In this document: positions 60,301 to 64,000 of the stretch, piece after piece
Layout: each line of letters opens with the position of its first letter
Numbering within the stretch: the stretch's first letter is position 1
Origin: Pristiophorus japonicus
Taxonomy: Eukaryota
Assembly (NCBI RefSeq): GCF_044704955.1
Contig: NC_092000.1
Coordinates: forward strand, 2,790,001 to 2,854,000
Direction: 5' to 3'
Length of the DNA: 64,000 nucleotides
Made by a program: the position numbers and the translations under genes
The notes under the pieces: model-generated
What the model saw: only the letters and a program-made list of their open reading frames with translations
What the model was told of the DNA's origin: nothing
The model's database searches: none

Positions 60301-62914
60301 GTAATGTGGGAAACAACAGCAGCCAATTTGTGCACAGCAAGCTCCCACAAACAGCAACGCGATAATGACCAGATCATCTGTTTTAGTGAAGTTGATTGAG
60401 GGATCAATATTGGCCAGGACACCCCTACTCTTCTTCAAAATAGTGCCATAGGATCTTTTATGTCCACTTGAGCACGCTGACGGGGCCTCGGTTTAACATC
60501 TCATCCAACATCTCCGACACTGCAGCACTCCCTCAGTACTGCCCCTCCGACAGTGCGGCACTCCCCCAGTACTGCCCTTCCGACAGTGCGGCGCTCCCTC
60601 AGTACTGCCCCTCCAACACTGCAGCACTCCCTCAGTACTGCCCCTCCGACACTGCAGCACTCCCTCAGTACTGCCCCTCCGACACTGCAGCACTCCCTCA
60701 GTACTGCCCCTCCGACAGTGCGGCACTCCCTCAGTACTGCCCCTCCAACACTGCAGCACTCCCTCAGTACTGCCCTTCCGACAGTGCGGCGCTCCCTCAG
60801 TACTGCCCCTCCGACACTGCAGCACTCCCTCTACTGCCCCTCCGACAGTGCGGCACTCCCTCAGTACTGCCCCTCTGACACTGCAGCACTCCCTCAGTAC
60901 TGCCCCTCCGACAGTGCGGCACTCCCTCAGTACTGCCCCTCCGACACTGCAGCACTCCCTCAGTACTGCCCCTCCGACAGTGCGGCACTCCCTCAGTACT
61001 GCCCCTCCGACACTGCAGCATTCCCTCAGTACTGCCCTTCCGACAGTGCAGCGCTCCATCAGTACTGCCCCTCCGACAGTGCAACGCTCCCTCAGTACTG
61101 CCCCTCAGACAGTACAGCACTCCCTCAGTACTGCCCCTCTCACAGTGCAGCGCTCCCTCAGTACTGCACTGGAGTGTCAGCCTGGATTTTTGCATTCAAG
61201 TCCCTGGAGTGAGAACCTGTGTCCCTTCTCAAGCTGTATGGCCTCATTCCACAGCAGCCTGTGCATTCAGCACTGAGCCACTAGTGAAGCTAACTCGAAT
61301 TCAGGCCTTTAGCTGAAGATCCTTGCGTCCCAAACATTTCCCAGCGGGTCAGTGGCTTAGAGTCAGTATTCCAAACCGTCCTAGCTGGTCACATCAAGAG
61401 CTAACAGCGCCATATATTCTGTCCCCTGTATTTTAACAGCAAATCAGGCTGAGGATGGCCAGTTTCCTGATGTCCAATCCCAGTGTGTACCAGGAGCACA
61501 GAAACAGGAGATCTGCCCATCAGGATTTAGTGGTTTAAAGTGGGTCCGGTCCGTGACATTAAAAAGGGGGGAAATCCTCTACTTTGCTACAGTTGGGGTT
61601 GGAGTGGACGGTAGAGGTGGGGTCGGGCTGTGTTTGTTGATTAAACAGAAAAGAGGGAGCATTATAGAAATGTACAAACATAGAAATTTACAGCACAGAA
61701 AGAAACTATTTCGGCCCATCATGTCCGTGTGTACCTAACTGGGCCAGTGTGATTGGGGCATTTATGCTGCATTGTTATATCCAACCCAGAGTAGATAGCA
61801 AAAGCAGGGTCCCCATGTCCTGGTACACTGTTGCAGTTTAAATCTTGGTCCTGATCCCACCCCTATTAATCTCTCTCTTTAAGCATTTTGTGATGCTATA
61901 TTCACACTCTGCCCTTAGTATGAAGTAGCGGAAGGATTCACGGGCTGATTAACAGGCCCCCTACGTGTGGGCTTCTGCCAAGGCCGTAACCATCATTATC
62001 CCAGCCGATGGGGGGGTTTATGGGCTCCCACAACTCGTACGATGACTGGGGGCCACCCACACCCATCCAGAATTCGGAGCCGGAGCTCCCGTCTCCATTC
62101 GCTGGGACTGTCTGGTGTGGGGTTCGAACCCTCCACATTGTGGCTCAGAGGCAAGAGATGGGACCACTGAGTTACAGGAGTCTGTGATGCAAAGAAAGAC
62201 TTGCATTTATGCAGTGGCCTTTCACGACCGCAGGGACGTCCCAAAGCGCTGTGCAGCCATTTGGTGTTTGACAACAGCAAGTGCTGACAGAGGGCTCCTG
62301 GTTAGAAATATAAAGTGCCCGTCTTACCTGGTCCCCGCAGCAGTGCAGATCCGCCACCTCCTGCAGTCTCACAGCTGGATTCTTGCACAACGGCAACTGG
62401 CCAAAAAGCAAACAGGTAAGCATGGCACCACTGGGCTGCCCTACTGCCACTCTCCCATAACAAGCACTGCAATATAAAAGCAGCAAGGTTAGGCTTCAGA
62501 TCCAACTGGGACTGGCCTTACTCAGTTAGAGAGAGAGCAATAATTCAAAGTGTTCATGGTGACGATCCCCTCTCCAACACTCCCTCACTTGCACCCAAAC
62601 CAATAAAAGAGACACACAAGGCAACCTGGTTCCTTTTCAACGATGTTTGAGCGGCCCAGGGTGAAAGAGAAAAGGAGAGCAAAACACTTGGTCTCTCCTT
62701 AAACACCATCAACCCTGGCATAGCCAGTCGGGCATTGATGGTAAAAACAGTGTGCAGCCCTGTACTACACCGTACTGCACCATTCACAGGCTCACACCAA
62801 TCTGGGGAGAACTAGGGAGAACAAAGCCCCTTCTCCCTCTGATCCTGCTCCTTACTGACTGCCTTTCTTTCTTTTCCCTTTAGACCGACACGTGGTAAAC
62901 CAGTCCAAGTGTGA
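42292..62914 (+). CDS. CCDC159: Coiled-coil domain-containing protein 159 orthologue, join(42292-42351,44804-44837,44960-45078,48262-48343,52124-52328,53502-53569,55343-55419,57049-57122,57943-58028,61440-61539,62884-62914), ~311 aa
   Basis: GT-AG exons with compatible phases total 936 nt. Segments PDSKHLTDELEVIKFHIEVQTR, TIESLNQTVSLLAKERSHHQQQIRLLE, EIHESKKFLWEECESLRKEIEQINRKL, IQEDDL and QELKDIKLAMVDMQEQI resemble recalled human CCDC159 (PDSQKLLRCELE, AFEFLNHSVTMLEKE, EIRDSKKFLWEELELVREE, QEDEI, KELSDIWSAVHVLQNSI). The gene is head-to-head with TMEM205 as in human. AATAAA at 63009. The last two exons are less certain. Confidence 0.85.
44804..44837 (+). CDS. CCDC159: CCDC159 coding exon 2
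   Basis: Polypyrimidine tract plus cagcag acceptor, QTLKFGGCHQK, donor gtggg; phases fit. Confidence 0.6.
44960..45078 (+). CDS. CCDC159: CCDC159 coding exon 3
   Basis: Acceptor gcgtttcag, DATFNKVRSFSDTHAGSTPDSKHLTDELEVIKFHIEVQTR, donor gtatgg. Confidence 0.8.
45190..46275 (+). repeat. Full Deu-SINE with internal 33-bp array (~21 units, 45295-45985)
   Basis: Head, array, Deu core and tail in order. Confidence 0.9.
46742..48052 (-). repeat. Full Deu-SINE with internal 33-bp array (~28 units, 47040-47955)
   Basis: Reverse-complement arrangement of the same element. Confidence 0.9.
48262..48343 (+). CDS. CCDC159: CCDC159 coding exon 4
   Basis: Acceptor ttcttccttag, TIESLNQTVSLLAKERSHHQQQIRLLE, donor gtagg. 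Confidence 0.85.
48404..48851. repeat. 21-bp GC-rich minisatellite (~21 units)
   Basis: (gggcacggcgggac[a/g]gggg[c/t]c)n starting ~60 bp after the CCDC159 exon 4 donor. Confidence 0.93.
49341..50848. repeat. Heptamer satellite (GGGTA[A/G]T)n, ~215 units
   Basis: Nearly pure mixture of gggtaat and gggtagt. Confidence 0.96.
50890..51810 (-). repeat. Deu-SINE lacking its head, with 33-bp array (~19 units, 51170-51805)
   Basis: Tail and core, then the array with a locus-specific gcggctct variant. Confidence 0.88.
52124..52328 (+). CDS. CCDC159: CCDC159 coding exon 5
   Basis: Acceptor ctcacacag, coiled-coil EVRRLSMCSNIEEDRINLMIDRKIDDWKKELSS...ELAAEIHE, donor gtaag. Confidence 0.85.
53502..53569 (+). 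CDS. CCDC159: CCDC159 coding exon 6
   Basis: Acceptor tctcttgcag, SKKFLWEECESLRKEIEQINRKL, donor gtcagt. Confidence 0.9.
53628..54240. repeat. 32-bp minisatellite (~19 units) with a ttggtaccaa palindrome
   Basis: (gggtttggtaccaacagggtaatgccagtttg)n with shortened variants, starting ~60 bp after the exon 6 donor. Confidence 0.93.
55343..55419 (+). CDS. CCDC159: CCDC159 coding exon 7
   Basis: Acceptor ttttgattgcag, IQEDDLLSSLTDCKILRQNQKKYNQ, donor gtacag. Confidence 0.85.
55885..56342 (-). mobile_element. Near full-length tRNA-derived Deu-domain SINE (SacSINE1-like) with a single 33-bp unit
   Basis: Pol III A/B-box head (tggctcagcggg...gggttcacgtccc), Deu-like core (gatgaaacgttaaactgagg...gaagagcaggggag) and an L2-type tail aaggcgctatataaatg. 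Partial copies at 2505-2820, 7480-7690, 13530-13710 and 52550-53150. Confidence 0.8.
57049..57122 (+). CDS. CCDC159: CCDC159 coding exon 8
   Basis: Acceptor cccccacccag, ILERLIQRCRQVQSLDPEQELKDI, phase-2 donor gtacgt. Confidence 0.78.
57480..57890. repeat. Purine-rich degenerate minisatellite (gagtgatagtgagagtgagggatg...)
   Basis: Almost C-free G/A/T tandem motif in CCDC159 intron 8. Confidence 0.85.
57943..58028 (+). CDS. CCDC159: CCDC159 coding exon 9
   Basis: Acceptor tttcctcacag, LAMVDMQEQIQNLFYSSKQNNTIAKIKR, donor gtcagt. Confidence 0.75.
58465..59675 (-). mobile_element. L2-clade LINE 3' fragment containing an internal ~55-bp tandem array
   Basis: TSRLDCSNTLLAGLP...LEVIQN...TRTKSRSPITPVL motifs and an L2 3' tail. 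Related fragments at 5030-5300, 42535-42920 and 43070-43365. Confidence 0.82.
60210..61215 (-). repeat. Deu-SINE with 33-bp array (~20 units, 60512-61170)
   Basis: Tail, core, array with a locus-specific cactgcagcact variant, then a partial head. Confidence 0.88.
61440..61539 (+). CDS. CCDC159: CCDC159 candidate coding exon 10
   Basis: Acceptor ttttaacag and an open frame ANQAEDGQFPDVQSQCVPGAQKQEICPSGFSGL, donor gtgggt. No recognisable homology. Confidence 0.5.
62884..62914 (+). CDS. CCDC159: CCDC159 candidate terminal coding exon
   Basis: Strong polypyrimidine acceptor ctttcttttccctttag, KPTRGKPVQV*, AATAAA at 63009. If exon 10 is skipped, the other frame reads on to TGA at ~63059. Confidence 0.55.
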
Positions 62915-63481
62915 GCTTTTGACAGCTACTGCCTGGATACCATCATCCAGTGACCGAGCTGCCCAAACAGCATCGCAGACAGGCGCGAGGCCAGCAGCCA
63001 CAAGCTTTAATAAAATGAGTTACACACACCCGAGAGCAGTTTCTTATTTATGGAGATGATGGAAGTTTTCTTGCCTCTCAAGGCTAGGGGTACCCCTTTG
63101 GTTGTCTGTCTCAAAAGGTTCGTTGTGGAGGACTGAAGGAGGGAGAGAAGCTTTGAAGCCAAATTGGAGCTGTGTGATTCACCAGGCGATGCATTTATCC
63201 CCACCGAGCCACGGCTGCAGTTACCATTTTGGTTTTGGTCAGCAATGTCTTCACTTTTGGCGCCATCATTTACAATGGCAGGTGAACCAGTCAAAATGCT
63301 CATTGGGTGATACAGATGGCGGTGCTAAGATTGTATCATACTTGCAACATTTGCAGAAGCAAATTAGAATCGCATATCCACTTAGCTGCTGTATTTCTGC
63401 TATAAATTGGAATCCTAACTGATTCCGACACACAAGTCAAGGAAGCATTCAAAGCCAAATCCCAAAAATGCAGAGTGCCCT

Positions 63482-63742
63482 TGTAATGTATGCACCTGTT
63501 TGCAGGGCTGTTGAGTTGGGAGTGACTTAGCCAGTCACGTGATGTTAACAAGACTCAATAAAACCCCAGCCAGTTGGGTTCAGGGGGGGATCCACGATGG
63601 GGCAGGTGGTTGTGAGCCTGGTGGATGAACTGGTAATGTGTAGTGTGATTGTTAAACCTTTGCTAATAAACCAACTAGTTCTTAATAACAATGTATTGCT
63701 ATGAATTCTTAAGCAAAGAACTCGTGAAGCAAATACATTGCA
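63482..63742 (+). mobile_element. Solo LTR, same family as 20463-20736
   Basis: tgtaat...attgca termini, TSD gccct/gcact. Confidence 0.78.
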
Positions 63743-64000
63743 GCACTGAACACCTGGGCCCCTACCATTGCTGTCAAAGCAAAAGATAAGAGTGCTCCAA
63801 TGGCTAGTGTGGTGCTAAGCGCCACAAAGACTTGAACTTTACACAAAACTCAGGACGTCCCAAAACACTTTACCGCCAATGAAGTGCTTTGAAAGTGGAG
63901 TTACTGGAGTAGTGTCAGAAATAAGCTGCAAGTCAGTCCGAGCAGTCTCCCTCCCGGCCAATGCCCAATCAGCAAAGGGGCAAATGGGGAAAAAAAAGAG

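Noticed and set aside
20463-63742. A single 43-kb provirus bounded by the two LTRs
   Set aside because: Each LTR has its own TSD, and the interval holds host genes with no gag, pol or env.

Overview
Eukaryotic, repeat-dense vertebrate DNA. The SINE and LINE families point to a cartilaginous fish (shark); this is inference. Three spliced protein-coding genes can be rebuilt by hand from GT-AG exons. CRB3 (minus, 102 aa) carries GTY and ERLI motifs. TMEM205 (minus, 188 aa) and a CCDC159 orthologue (plus, about 311 aa) lie head-to-head around a CpG-island promoter at ~38.3-38.8 kb, as in mammals. Most of the rest is transposable element sequence: one apparently intact CR1 LINE (esterase ORF1 plus APE-RT ORF2, with TATA-containing 5' monomers), degenerate CR1 copies, a Tx1 LINE nested in a CR1, a 5'-inverted RTE fragment, L2 fragments, two solo LTRs and Deu-domain SINEs. 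The most unusual pattern is a 33-bp hairpin-like segment inside the SINE that is expanded to ~19-28 tandem copies at five loci, while other copies have 0 or 1 unit. A similar expansion occurs inside an L2, and G-rich telomere-like arrays sit in CCDC159 introns. There is no CRISPR array or prokaryotic system. Most long ORFs in the supplied track are artefacts of tandem repeats. All homology calls are from recalled sequences, not from searches.
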